From Eledone cirrhosa (Eukaryota), in assembly GCA_964016885.1 (NCBI GenBank), contig OZ024740.1, positions 438,030,001 through 438,094,000 on the forward strand: 64,000 bases of DNA, in the 5' to 3' direction. Numbering within the stretch: the stretch's first letter is position 1; the number at the start of each line of letters is the position of its first letter. Position numbers and translations under genes: made by a program. The notes under the pieces were generated by a model. It saw only the letters and a program-made list of their open reading frames with translations, made no database searches and was not told the DNA's origin. Positions 39,041-53,303 of the stretch are shown piece by piece.

Positions 39041-39189
39041 ACTTGACTGGTATTTTATGTTATCAATTGTAGCCGGATTAAAAAGCTGTCCTCGATGGTA
39101 GCTGAAATAGGAATTTAAACGTCTGGAAATATATACCGCAGATATATTTCTTTGACTCCCAGAATTCTACTATATACACTTAACATGTC

Positions 39190-40505
39190 AGACTATGACG
39201 TCACAGACTGTGACTCGACAGACTGTGACTCGACAGACAGTGACTCGACAGACAGTGACTCCACAGACTGTGACTCGACAGACTGTGACTCCACAGACTG
39301 TGACTCGACAGACTGGGACTCCACTGACTGTGACTCCACAGACTGCGACTAGACAGACTGTGACTCCACTGACTGTGACTCCACAGACTGTGACTAGACA
39401 GACTGTGACTCCACAGACTGTGACTAGACAGACTGTGACTCCACTGACTGTGAATCCACAGACCGTGACTAGACAGACTGTGACTCCACTGACTGTGACT
39501 CCACAGACTGTGACTGCACAGACCATGACTCCACAGACTGTGACTCCACATACTTTAACTCGACAGACTGTGACGCGACATACTGTGACTCGACAGACTG
39601 TGACTCGACAGACTGTGACTCCACAGAACTGTCACTCGAGAGACTGTGACTCCACAGACGTGACTAGACAGACTGTGACTCCACAGACTGTGACACGACA
39701 GACTGTGAACCGAAAGACTGTGACTCCACAGACTGTGACCCGACAGAAAGTGACTCGAGAGACTGTGACGCGACAGACTGTGACCCGAAAGACTGTGACT
39801 CCCAGACTGTGACTGGCGGACTGTGACTCCACAGACTGTGTCTCGAGAGACTGTGACTTCACAGACTGGGATTCCACAGACTTTGACTCGACAGACTGGG
39901 ACTCCACCGACTGTGACTCGACAGACTGTGACTCGACATACTGTGAATCGAGAGACTGTGACTTGACAGACTGTGACTCGAGAGACTGACTCGACAGACT
40001 GTGACTCGACAGACTGTGACTCGACAGACTGTGACTCGACAGACTGTGACTCGACAGACTGTGACTCGACAGACTGTGACTCGACAGACTGTGACTAGAC
40101 AGACTGTGACTCGACAGACTGTGACTCGACAAACTGTGACTCGACAGACTGTGACTCGACAGACTGTGACTCGACAGACTGTGACTCGACAGACTGTGAC
40201 TCGACAAACTGTGACTCGACAGACTGTGACTAGACAGACTGTGACTCGACAAACTGTGACTCGACAGACTGACTCGACAGACTGTGACTCGACAGACTGT
40301 GACTCGACAGACTGTGACTCGACAGACTGTGACTCGACAGACTGTGACTCGACAGACTGTGACTCGACAGACTGTGACTCGACAAACTGTGACTCGACAG
40401 ACTGTGACTCGACAGACTGTGACTCGACAGACTGTGACTCGACAAACTGTGACTCGACAGACTGTGACTCGACAGACTGTGACTCAACAGACTGTGAATC
40501 GACAG
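39190..40505. repeat. 15-bp minisatellite (actgtgactcgacag), ~85-90 copies
   Basis: Direct reading; source of the QTVTR/DCDST ORFs. Confidence 0.97.
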
Positions 40506-41171
40506 CTACGAAATCTATTCTCCAATAACTATTTAATACAAAGGAATCAATCAAGGAAGCAATATATATAATAAAAAATAAAATAAAATAAACAAACAAA
40601 TAAATAAATAAAGATAAAAGAATTATGAGAAGGTCGATGGCTGAGTAAGTAATACACTGAATTACTTGATAGTGTTTCATATAATTATTGAATTAGAAAT
40701 GTCCATAGAAAGCTATTTTCCAATACAACATGTCAGGAAACTAAGGACAAGCGAGAGCAAATGAGTTCACGGAGAAAGAAACTAATGAAGAACAAGACAA
40801 ACACAGTTCTCGCGTAAACAAACTAAGTGTTACATTAATTCAGTCTCCGTACAACTAAAGATATACCAGACATATTAATTCTCTTCATATTTGTATTAGA
40901 TTAACATTTAAAACTGAGCTAAGTAAAAAAAGAAATATATAATCTAATAAGCCTCGTTACTCATGTTGTCTCTGTAATATATCATAGTTATAATATTGTT
41001 GGATGGAAATAATTGGACATTAAGTGAATTAGTAAGACTTAGTAGAAAAATAACGACTGTATATAGAATTACACCACTAAACATATGACATAGACCGATT
41101 ATACATAGCAGGAATATAGGGAACTATTGGAGCCTTTACAATTAGAACATTATATCTACTGCCAAACTTTA

Positions 41172-41249
<78 letters not shown>

Positions 41250-41250
<1 letters not shown>

Positions 41251-41382
41251 GAAGTAGTAACACAACAGTTAGTTCACCATACCGAGAACAATTGTTTCAC
41301 CTTATGCGAATCTTCAAATATCCGCATGGGGTAAAACAATTGTTCTCCGTATGGTGAACTAACTGTTGTGTTACTACTTCTA
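41250..41382. repeat. Inverted repeat, probable pLTR-tip pair
   Basis: agaagtagtaacacaacagttagttcaccatac...gtatggtgaactaactgttgtgttactacttct; contains GAAACAATTGTT (hammerhead 3' half-like). Confidence 0.75.
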
Positions 41383-41450
41383 CTAAACTCGTCCCATGGA
41401 CTAAGTGCTCTACCACTACGGATATTACCTTCCAGTGTTCTATCCCCCCA

Positions 41451-41568
<118 letters not shown>

Positions 41569-41977
41569 GAGAGATGACCCCTTAGCCTTTGTCAAGGAAG
41601 AATTCTAGGAGAAGGAAAACTCTGATATAACACCTGCAACTCTGATGGTATCCAATGATGTTGACTTGTTCTTCTTTTTGGTAAATATCATCTTGGTTAA
41701 GAGAGTGGGACTGGCTTTGTGCAGTGCCTTTGCTCACTATAAAAGCTTCACGGCACAGGCATTGCTTTATATCTGGAGATCTCTCTGCACTTGTCATCAC
41801 ATGGTACCATGGGCCCAGCACTATGTGTCAATAATTGTCACAAGTGTAGTGTTTGTACCAGAGTTTTCAAGTCGCTGGCTGGACTAAAAAGTCACACTCG
41901 TTCAGCGCATCGGTAGGAGTTCTCCTACATGGATATAAAGTAGTGGCCGTACTCGAAAACGAGTTGGCAGCCACCAA

Positions 41978-43647
<1,670 letters not shown>

Positions 43648-43710
43648 GAAGTAATTCCATCGGAAAAGTCCAGGAAAAAGAGTGCTCTATGTAAGCAACA
43701 GAGCTTAATT

Positions 43711-43910
43711 ATTATTATTATGTAATAAACAACATAAGGCAATTATTCCATTTACCAGTGGTTTCTTAAAAGCAAAAGGTTTTTAGAATCCATATTCAAT
43801 AAACAAACCAGGATTTTTCATTCTGAGGATTGAAAACAAAACCTTTTGCTTTTAAGAAACCACTGGTAAATGGAATAATTGCCTTATGTTGTTTATTACA
43901 TAATAATAAT
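43711..43910. repeat. ~72-bp perfect inverted repeat
   Basis: tgtaataaacaacataaggcaattattccatttaccagtggtttcttaaaagcaaaagg and its reverse complement. Confidence 0.85.
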
Positions 43911-43920
43911 ATATATATAT

Positions 43921-43956
<36 letters not shown>

Positions 43957-43977
43957 AATAGTTTTAAAATAGATGAG

Positions 43978-44024
43978 ATTCTACAGGGCTAGAACTGTTT
44001 CATTCATTTGAAATCATCAGGAAT
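43978..44024 (-). ncRNA. Type I hammerhead ribozyme (family A)
   Basis: Reverse complement of 44696-44742 with one substitution in stem III. Confidence 0.8.
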
Positions 44025-44695
44025 ATAACCATAGTGGCCGTATTTCAGGTTGAGGAGGGGTGGGGGGTAGGGTGGGGAGGAGGTATAGGGGCCAATAGGG
44101 GGAGGTCGTTTTTAGCCATCGGGCTTTAACACTGCTTAAAGTGTTTGAATGTTGCAAAGTTCTTGTGCATGCAGTTCGGGCAGTGTTCAGAGAGTTTGTT
44201 CAGTAGCGGGCCCTTGGCGAATAAAATTTCGTAGCTCTCTGAAATACAAAGGTCGCAGCCCTTGTGTCCTCCGTTGTAAGAGCGCGCTTTCTGAGTATTT
44301 TCCAATTAAGCGTGAAGGGGGTGGAGTTCCTTTTGAGGTCCCAAACGGAAATCAGACAACACTCGCCTCCTACGTTTGGGACCTCAAAAGGAACTCCACC
44401 CCTTCACGCTTAATTGGAAAATACTCCAGAAAGCGCGCTCTTACAACGGAGGACACAAGGGCTGCGACCTTTGTATTTCAGAGAGCTACGAAATTTTATT
44501 CGCCAAGGGCCCGCTACTGAACAAACTCTCTGAACACTGCCCGAACTGCATGCACAAGAACTTTGCAACATTCAAACACTTTAAGCCAGTGTTAAAGCCC
44601 GATGGCTAAAAACGACCTCCCCCTATTGGCCCCTATACCTCCTCCCCACCCTACCCCCACCCCTCCTCAACCTGAAATACGGCCACTAAGGTTAT

Positions 44696-44742
44696 ATTCC
44701 TGATGATTTCAAATGAATGAAACAGTTCTAGTCCTGTAGAAT
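44696..44742 (+). ncRNA. Type I hammerhead ribozyme (family A)
   Basis: attc CTGATGA tttc aaat gaat GAAA cagttctagtcct GTA gaat, about 90 nt after the PLE stop codon. Confidence 0.82.
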
Positions 44743-45099
44743 CTCATCTATATTAAAACTGTTATACTCTGCTATGTATTGAGTACCTTACTTACTGTGG
44801 TTACCTCCGATTCAACCCGGAATAACGTATATATATATAAATATATATATAAGAGAGTATTGAAGTATATTTGAAGCATTGTGTGATAATAAGATATATT
44901 TTCTTTACGAGGTTTTGGAAGCCTCAACAATGCAGGTCTGTAATTCTCTGGGTAACAAGATCCGGTGGTGGAGAGAGAGATGTAAGTGAATGTAGAATGA
45001 GATGTATAGTGTGTAGAAGAACGTAGGAAAGAGCGTAAAAATAAAAAATAATAACACGAGATAGAGTTACCTTGGGAGATATTTTATTGTCCCTATATT

Positions 45100-47342
45100 T
45101 CGGAATCACATCCATCAACTGGGGGGTTTCCCGGGAGGGGAGGTTATCTGTCGGATAGGATCTATACGTGTCCTTTGCTGTTCGTTGTTTTGAATAACTG
45201 CGGCATTCAGCAGAGCGCGCGCGCGAAAAGGGGGTCGGTCAAGCAGAGGTCGGCGGCCGAAATAGTTCTTTTAATTGTGGGAGTGGGGTGGCGTTATCTG
45301 TCAATCCATTGTATTATCTGCCTGTGCTGGTTTCTGTATTCGCAGTGTTGAATAGTGTATTCGCGTGGTGGTAGATTTCCCTGCCTGTTTGGTGAATGCT
45401 ACAGTGTGTGTGTTGTTGTCTCGCTTGTGTGTGTTTGTGTGCGTGTGTTGTTGCCTCGTTTGTCTGTATTAGCAGTGTAGTATATATTCGTATGGTGGAA
45501 TGCTACTGTGTGTGTGTGTGCGTGTGTTGTTGCCTCGTTTGTTTATTTAAACCAACCACCTCATTTCGCTTCTCTCGGATTGGTTATTTATGTGTGGCTC
45601 TAGGCGTTTGATCCAAAGTGCTTACTTGGTTCGTAATGTGCCGACGTTTCGTTCCGTCGCTAGCACTGTGACAATGGACGTTCCATCTTTGTTTCCGCAT
45701 TTGGTTAAGTGTTTCCGGAAAGACGAGGCCTTGGTGTTGATGTGCTCCTTGATCCGGATGTGTAGCGGCCGGATTGTGGTACCTATATAGGAGTGGTTGC
45801 ACTTGTTACATTCTACCTTATACACGACGTATGTGCGTAAGCAAAAGTACGTATGGCGCATCGGGCAGTTTCTGAGGGAGCACGCGTCAGTGAATTTCCC
45901 GGGTTTCCTGGAGAGGCATCTTTGCAGGGAGAGGCCCGAGTGGGCCAGGTGGATGTCGAGGCCCTCCCTTGGTATAGCCCTGCGGATAGCGTTGGTGGTA
46001 TTCTCGCCCAGGTGTGGTATTTTAAGGAAGCACTTGCCTTGGGTGTTTCTCTGCCTCTTGCGTCTGGTGTCTCTTATTCTGTTTGTGAGTGAGGCAGGGT
46101 ACCCGTTCGTCTCCAGCACTTTGAAGAATCGCTTGGTATGGGTGACACCACTCGCGGGATCGCTGCATCTGTTTTCAATTCGCGTGATCTCGTTCGTGAT
46201 GTACCCTCTTTTAGCACTGTTAGGGAGGGCGGACTTGTAGTGGACGAACAGGTCCCTGCAGGCTGCCTTGCGGTAGAAGTTGGTGTGGATCCCTCCCTGT
46301 TCCGTGATGTTGATTCGGAAGTCGAGGAGGGAAAGTGACCCGTCGTCGCTGGGGTGTTCAACACTGAAATCAATGTTCTCGTCCGTGTTGTTGAACGTCT
46401 CATAGATTCTGTTCGCCATCTCCTGGGAAGATGTGAGGATGAGGATATCGTCCACGTACCTTGAGGAAAAGGCGACGGCGTTGGGGCGGCAGTTAGAGGA
46501 GCACATCAACGCCGCCTGGACCAACATCTGCGACCAGCGGAAGCTCCCGAAGAAGCTGAGATACAACCTCCTCATGAGGAACAGCAGACTACCCGCCTTC
46601 TACCACCTCGTGAAAACTCACAAACAGGGAGCTGACCTGAAGATCAAACCCATTGGATCGAGCGTGGAAGGACCGCTCTACAAAATTTCATGGCTCCTAG
46701 CCAGAATACTCAAACCCATCCTAGACACCTTGCCAGGACACGTAAACAGCTCCGAGGAGGTGTTGGAGTGCCTGCATCAAATGGATCCCGACATCAGAAA
46801 GGCTAACAGATATGCCTTCAGCCTTGATGTAGTCGCTCTTTACACCTCGGTCCCGGCACTCCCGGCACTTCCTTACTGATGGAACGCATCCAATCTACCG
46901 ACCTATACTGCTTCGGGCTCACCACCACTGACATCCACCAACTCCTATCCATCGTCGTTGACAACACATACTTGGGATTTCTCGACCAAACATACCAACA
47001 AACCTCGGGACTGCCCATGGGCTCAAGCCTGTCGGGCGTGCTAGCGATCTCATACATGGACAGCCTCGAGCACAAGGCACTCAACACCTGCCGCCCCAAC
47101 GCCGTCGCCTTTTCCTCAAGGTACGTGGACGATATCCTCATCCTCACATCTTCCCAGGAGATGGCGAACAGAATCTATGAGACGTTCAACAACACGGACG
47201 AGAACATTGATTTCAGTGTTGAACACCCCAGCGACGACGGGTCACTTGCCCTCTTCAACTTCCGAATCAACATCACGGAACAGGGAGGGATCCACACCAA
47301 CTTCTACCGCAAGGCATCCTGCAGGGACCACTACAAGTCCGC
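45100..47342. mobile_element. PLE with 5' inversion: RT C-terminus + GIY-YIG on minus (45547-46492), upstream RT on plus (46495-47342)
   Basis: YVDDI, GLPMGSSLSG, FYHLVKTHK, SLDVVALYTSVP, VVYKVECNKCNHSYIGTT; 46228-46492 is duplicated inverted at 47088-47342. Confidence 0.9.
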
Positions 47343-48568
47343 CGGATCATATCCTCCTTCTGGGGTTTCTGGCCCTACATGCCTATATCGTCCACCTTCA
47401 TCCGCTTGGCGCGTCCTTGGGTTGGTCACTGGTAAGTGACGTCATCATTATTCTGACCACTGGTAGCAGCCCGCTGTCCGTCAGGGCGTGAGCTGTCACC
47501 CACTGTCCCGTCGGCAAAATTACTGCTGTTTGTCAACTCACACGCCCACTCGAACACACACACACACACACACACATATACTTTCAGATACATACAGAGT
47601 AGCTTGTGTGCTTACGTTCACACACGCTCAGAAGCATACACACATATCCATGTGTACACACACATAAATAGTCACACAAATTTACGCATACATGCACACA
47701 GAGAGGCACTCACACACGCGCGTGTATATACGCACGTATATACATAGACACACACACATAGACGCACCCGTATATATACATGCACACACAGACGTACGCA
47801 TCCGTACATATACATACACTTACACGCACATATATATATATACATACATACATTTACATACACACACATGCACATCTGCACATATATATGCATAGATACA
47901 AACATACACATACATATATATATACACACCCACCCACACGCTCACACACACGTATACACACATACGTCTACACACATGTATACAAATACATACACACACA
48001 CATATATACACACACATATATATATATAAATATATACACACATACATACCCATATATATTGTTTTCCACTACACGTGTGCACACACACACACACAGACTC
48101 GCACATATATTCTTACACATATGTATATATGTATATACACACATCTACACACACATAAAAATAAATATGCAAAAGATATATGTAAGAAAAGCATATAAAG
48201 ATACACATTGGGCTGTTCATGCAAAAATGTACCTTGGTGTGTACGTGCTGACAGAGTTGATATTATGTTGCCGACGTGGATTAATCCACGTCTAGACACC
48301 TCAAGCAATGCTACATATGGCGAGTTCATGGTATTAATGTGAAGGGTATGGAGGATATATTTAAAAAATACATACATCTGAATTATATAAGAAAAGTATA
48401 CGAAGATACACATTGGTTTGTACATGGAAAAATACATGGGGGTGTTGCGCAATGGAGTGCGCGGAGAATATGCACATACCACTGAAAAGATACATATGCA
48501 AGGAGTGCGTGAACAGGCCAGAATGGAGCATGTCACTGTGGATGAGATAGAGTGCCTTATTGATGTAT

Positions 48569-48599
<31 letters not shown>

Positions 48600-48605
48600 G
48601 GAAAA

Positions 48606-48711
48606 AGTATGACCCCGACGGCAGAGCTCAAGCCGTTTCGACGGCTATTTCTGGACTAAATTAGAATTTTTAGCACGGTAAATAGATAGCCGAACTTGTC
48701 AAGGGGTACTT
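48606..48711 (-). ncRNA. Type I hammerhead, U3-A8 core (UUGACAA), long stem II
   Basis: Minus strand: aagtacccc TTGACAA gttcggctat...atagccgtc GAAA cggc ttgagctct gcc GTC gggg tca tactt. Confidence 0.75.
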
Positions 48712-49682
48712 TCTTATATGGGAAGATTGTAGTTGTCGAGAGGATTGGTCAAAATATGATGTAAACACAAATAAGTCTATCATAGTATTTGGTGGGAGGT
48801 AGGGGTGGCTGAACTTGCCTGTAGAACAATGAGGGAATGAGTGGAGCCGGTCAAGCGTTGAAAGTGAAATCTATACAGCAGATTCTAAGGATAGTGTATG
48901 AGAAGTCGAAAAATTGTTGTAGAGAAAATGGAAGAGGGAGGTTATAGACTAGGTAAGTCATATGAGAGTAGGAGACAATAAAAAATGATAGAAAGAAATA
49001 TAAAAGAAGAATATATATAAAATTAGATAGTGAGAAATAAAAAAAAAAATAGACAAAAACAGTAGAGTCTAGAAACAGCTGCTCTAATTAGTAGGTGTTG
49101 CTTGTACGGCCAAGGCTAGAAAAGGTTAATAAGTTGAGAATGGAAAATACTAAATAAGAAATTGTAGAAGTGGGTAGTGAAAAAATATAATTGTTTCTAC
49201 TTTTGGCACAAGGCCAGCAATTACCCAGTGCATTACTGGTAAAAAATATAATGCAAACTTTTCAGGGGTCTAACACAGCTGCTATAAATAGTTAGTAAAG
49301 CGCATTCCGCCAATGCTATCTTACAATTACAAGTTAATAAGTTGAGAATAGAAAATACTAAATAAGAAATTTTGAAATTGTAGAATTGGAGTAGTAACAA
49401 AAATGATACAAAATTACAGGGGTCTAACACATCTGCTATAAATGATTAGTAAAGCGTATTCGGCCAATTCTATCTTAAAATTACAAGGGTGGGGGTACTG
49501 AGGCTACAGAGGTCCGATGGGCTGTATCGGGGTAGGCGAAAGGGGAAAACAGACGAGGAAGAAGATCAGGGGTGGAAGGAAGTGATATGATGAGACAGGG
49601 GGAAGAAGAAAACATAGAGGAAAAGAAAAGAGGTACATCTACCTATCTAACTTATTCGGTAAGTGGGGGTATCAGCCCTTGT

Positions 49683-51695
49683 CTACCCACCCTGCTCATT
49701 ATGGGGTTTGAGGGCGAGGTCAGTCCTACGCAATCTGTCTTTGCATGCGGTTAACAGTTCGTTTTTCTTGTTTAGGAGTTGGTCCTTCGAAAACAGCATT
49801 TGTAATGTTTCCTCCGAACATAAGTTACACGGACGGCGTCCTCCCGTGTAAGAGTTAGCTGTGGACAGTAAGCTCCAAGTGAGATTGTAGGTTATATTAT
49901 TATCTTTGAGGTCCCAGATGTGGCCCGAAAGTGTAGTGGCATGTCGCCGGACCGGGTTTCGGAAAGTATGTTGGTAGAGCCGGGTCTTAAAGTCACAAGC
50001 GGTTAATCCTATATAAGCTTTGTTGGAGGTGTCCGTCCTCACGTTGCACTGGTAGATCACGTTACGTTCTCGACATTTGTTGTTGAGGGGACACGTAGAT
50101 CTATCAGGGCAATTACACCTCCTGGTCGGCTCTCCACTGATGTCTAGGTTGTTTCTTCCATAGGGGTTGAGATTTTTGTTGTTTGAGGAGACGATGTTTT
50201 GTGCGAAGTTAGGTGTGGTGCTGTAGGAGAGTTTGATGGTATTTTTGTTGATTATGTTGTAGATTATGTAGTGGGAAGTGTTTTTCGAGGAGCCTAAAGA
50301 AGATTTTCCCGATAGGTGTTGCCACCTCGGCATTGTGGGGAGGATTGAACCATGTTACGTTGCGTGAGCAGCGATGTAGCCTGCTGGTTCTGCTAAGAGA
50401 AGATGGATAAAAGGATATTTCCTCCCGGAAGCCACTTCACTTGAGGGCCTAGTTGTAATGAGGCGCATGCTCGTCGAATATCTGCTCATTAGCTGACAAA
50501 CGAGATATGCGGAGGGAGATGTTTTTAACCAGGTTATTGGTGATGTTTCTAGGATGATTAGAGCGGCGGTGGATGTAGTGCAGGTTGTCGTTTAGTTTCC
50601 TGTATGTGTAGTAAATATCATTTTCGAGGTTAAGGGTAACGTCCAGGAAGTTGACTCGGGTTAGGGAGACGTTTGTAGGGTGATTTTAACTCCCCAGTCC
50701 CGTAAGAAGTTGATTAGTTGTTTACGGACCCAATCTGTACTACTGGGGTTGTACCCTTTGAGGGTGAGGAGCCCATCATCTCGGTACAATCCACCGCCGA
50801 ATGGAGGAAACATTTCGGTGAGTTTAAATAATAGGAATAATCCTATAAGATCTGTAACCTCGGCCGAATCCGTCGCGGCCATATTGACGTCGAAGGGGGA
50901 GTCGGGAGCTCTCTTTATCCACTTGGAGTTGTCGAAAAGTAGGACTGTCTTCCTGGCGTGGAGAATGATATTTATTTCCTGGCCAGTGATGGGTGTGAGT
51001 GTTTCGGCTAATCCATGGCGGCCGTAAGGAGTGGTAAGGTAATAGAAGCATAGTAACTCTCTACGTCGAACTGGGTGAATTTTGTGTCTCGTTTGTCCTC
51101 CATATTCCTGAACCATGAGATTACTTCCTGGGTGCTGACCCATAGGCTAAGTCTCGCGTTTTGCTTAACTTTTGGTATAACGCGGTCTAGAATCTTTTTA
51201 CTGATTCTCCCTATGTCCGACTTCGTTGGGTTTATAAGCCTGATGGATGGTTTGCGGTCGAAGTCGGAATTGTGGTCCTTCAGTGTGAAGTAGGGAGTCC
51301 GTGGGTTTAGGGGTTCAGTGCGGTCAGCGACCCCGAGGCTGGAGGTAATTTGTTGTACATCTCGATTTATGTCCTCGATAATTGAATGGTTAGCCTTTTT
51401 ATAGGTGGAGTTTAGGCTGCTCCTGATCAGTGTGTGGTATCTATCAGGGTTGACGAAGTAGAGGTTTCCAGTTTTGTCCGAGTGCACCATGATGTCGTTG
51501 GTGTTTTCATACTCTGTTATTTTGCTACGGAGTTGTTGTAGGAATCTGTTATGCCTGGGTTTGAATTTAATGCTCTTGACCAGGTGGAAAAGGTCGTTCT
51601 CGAAGTGTGAGTGCATAGGGTTCGGAGGGGGAGATTTGTAGGTATTGTATCCGAATATCTCCTTGGTGTCGAAGTCCTGATTGTCGCGGTATCTA
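49683..51695 (-). pseudogene. RT + GIY-YIG ORF of the Hydra-like PLE (frameshifted)
   Basis: Track ORFs 51008-51718, 50661-51143 and 49683-50333 are consecutive pieces. Confidence 0.88.
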
Positions 51696-51702
51696 TCGTA
51701 GG

Positions 51703-51803
51703 AAGTACCCCTTGACAAGTTCGGCTATTTATTTACTAGGCTAGAAATTTAGTCCAGAAATAGCCGTCGAAAAGGCTTGAGCTCTGCCGTAGGGGTCATA
51801 CTT
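51703..51803 (+). ncRNA. Type I hammerhead, U3-A8 core, second copy (one stem III mismatch)
   Basis: cccc TTGACAA gttcggctattt...aaatagccgtc GAAA aggc...gcc GTA gggg. Confidence 0.68.
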
Positions 51804-51887
51804 TTTCCTATTACCCACTCAACTACCCTAAGTATTGAGTACTCTGGTGCGTTATGGTCCATCTGGTTCCTTACCACAATTCATTCG

Positions 51888-51922
<35 letters not shown>

Positions 51923-52042
51923 TATATATATATGAGTTGTGTTGTTATTTCTATTTACCTTTTACATGTATATATATATATACCCCTATCTATCTATTTA
52001 TTCTTGTGCGCCCTTGTGGCAAATAAAGAAATATATCTATCC

Positions 52043-52083
<41 letters not shown>

Positions 52084-52122
52084 CATACCTACCTACCTAT
52101 CTATCTATCTATCTATCTACCT

Positions 52123-52848
52123 AGACACGGGCGCCCGGGTAGGGACCCCTCGAAAAAGATCTGTCCCAGATGCGTGTGCGACGAGGAAACCGTTGCACAC
52201 GCATTGGTACACTGCTCGGGCATTGCCGATCTGTGGGGCTATGTCGAACAACTGCTGTCAAGGGTGGGCCCGATCCGGTTGACCACCGAGTCTATTGTAA
52301 CGATCAAGCCGCCTCCCCTCTTCAAAAACGAAGAAGAGGCGGTGTTTCTGTGCGTAATAGCCATGGCGAAAGAGGTTGTATGGTGGAATCGTCTGAAAGG
52401 ACTGAAGTCAGACACCTTTCTCTCTGGCCAACAACTGGTCCGTTTCTTCCGATATCATTTCGGAAGAAGGATCAGGATGGAGAGAGAGGTGCTGCACCCC
52501 AGTCGTTTTTATGAAAGGTGGGTGAAAGTGGCGAGAATGGCCCGTGTGAATGGGCCTTCACTCTACATCAGACTATAGGTGAGGAAGATGAAAGACCAAG
52601 GGAGCACCCCCTCTCTGTGCTCCCGAGGAAAAGGGTTGCACACTTTTTTTCGGGGGGGTGTGCGACCCCCCCCCCCCAAGGCGCCTCCTCTCTATTGAGG
52701 ACTTTGTTATAAATTTTATTTTTTGTTATATTTTATTTTATTTTTATATATTGTTATTGCCTCCTCCCTATTGAGGTCGCCTTGTTTTGTAAACTCCCCC
52801 CATTGTACTTGTCCCACTTTTGATGCCCTGGTGGCAAATAAAAGAAAC
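52123..52848 (+). mobile_element. 5'-truncated Tx1/L1-like LINE in (TATC)n; tiny 3' tip at ~52000-52032
   Basis: CDEETVAHALVHC...GPSLYIRL* plus a 3' UTR matching 58390-58653. Confidence 0.93.
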
Positions 52849-53094
52849 ATATCTATCTATCTATACCTATCTCTTTACGATGGACACATGTGCTGAGCTC
52901 GCTCGGTAAGTTTCGTTTAAATTTATCTGGAAATTGTGAACTGTAAACTTTCATTTTTGTACCATTTTGTAGAGGGTCTGCCAGGTCAAATTTTGATCTG
53001 GTCAGTCTCTCAAAATATTCTACGCCTTTAGGCGAAATAGTGTTGTAAACATTTTACCTTTCGAAAAATTTCGAAAAATCCTATTTTGAGAAAA

Positions 53095-53272
53095 ATGGCT
53101 GAAGCATCTTCACCAACAATCAAAGAAAGAAAAGGGAAGTCATACTCACAGCTACCCCTGCCACTGTCACAGCAGCAGATGCCAAAGGCAGAGGTCAGCC
53201 AGAGGAAGAATTGTCTTCACCTGTTCACCGACAACTTGATGTAGCCACAACTATACAAAAAAAACTGAAAAT

Positions 53273-53303
<31 letters not shown>

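Larger units (their letters stand above)
43960..44826. mobile_element. Inverted duplication of a Hydra-clade-like PLE 3' end (GIY-YIG C-terminus + pLTR)
   Basis: TTLASYVWDLK / WKILQKARSYNGGHKGCDLCISE..LLNKLSE; arms 43960-44345 (-) and 44345-44826 (+). Confidence 0.88.
48598..51890 (-). mobile_element. Hydra-clade-like PLE with ~1-kb 3' UTR and inverted pLTR at the 5' end
   Basis: SDKTGN, RLINPTKS, FDVESYY, YRDDGL, CNC-x5-CPL..C, NVIY..YIG, LSGHIW, CNLC. pLTR at 48598-48715 (-) and 51700-51890 (+). Confidence 0.9.

Noticed and set aside
39152-40680. QTVTR / DCDST / SHSLS repeat proteins
   Set aside because: A 15-bp minisatellite open in several frames on both strands; no splice or start context.
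45090-45130. Hammerhead in the 3' UTR of the 45100 PLE (cagttga tggatgtgattcc gaaa, minus strand)
   Set aside because: Core has two mismatches and stems I and III are unconvincing.
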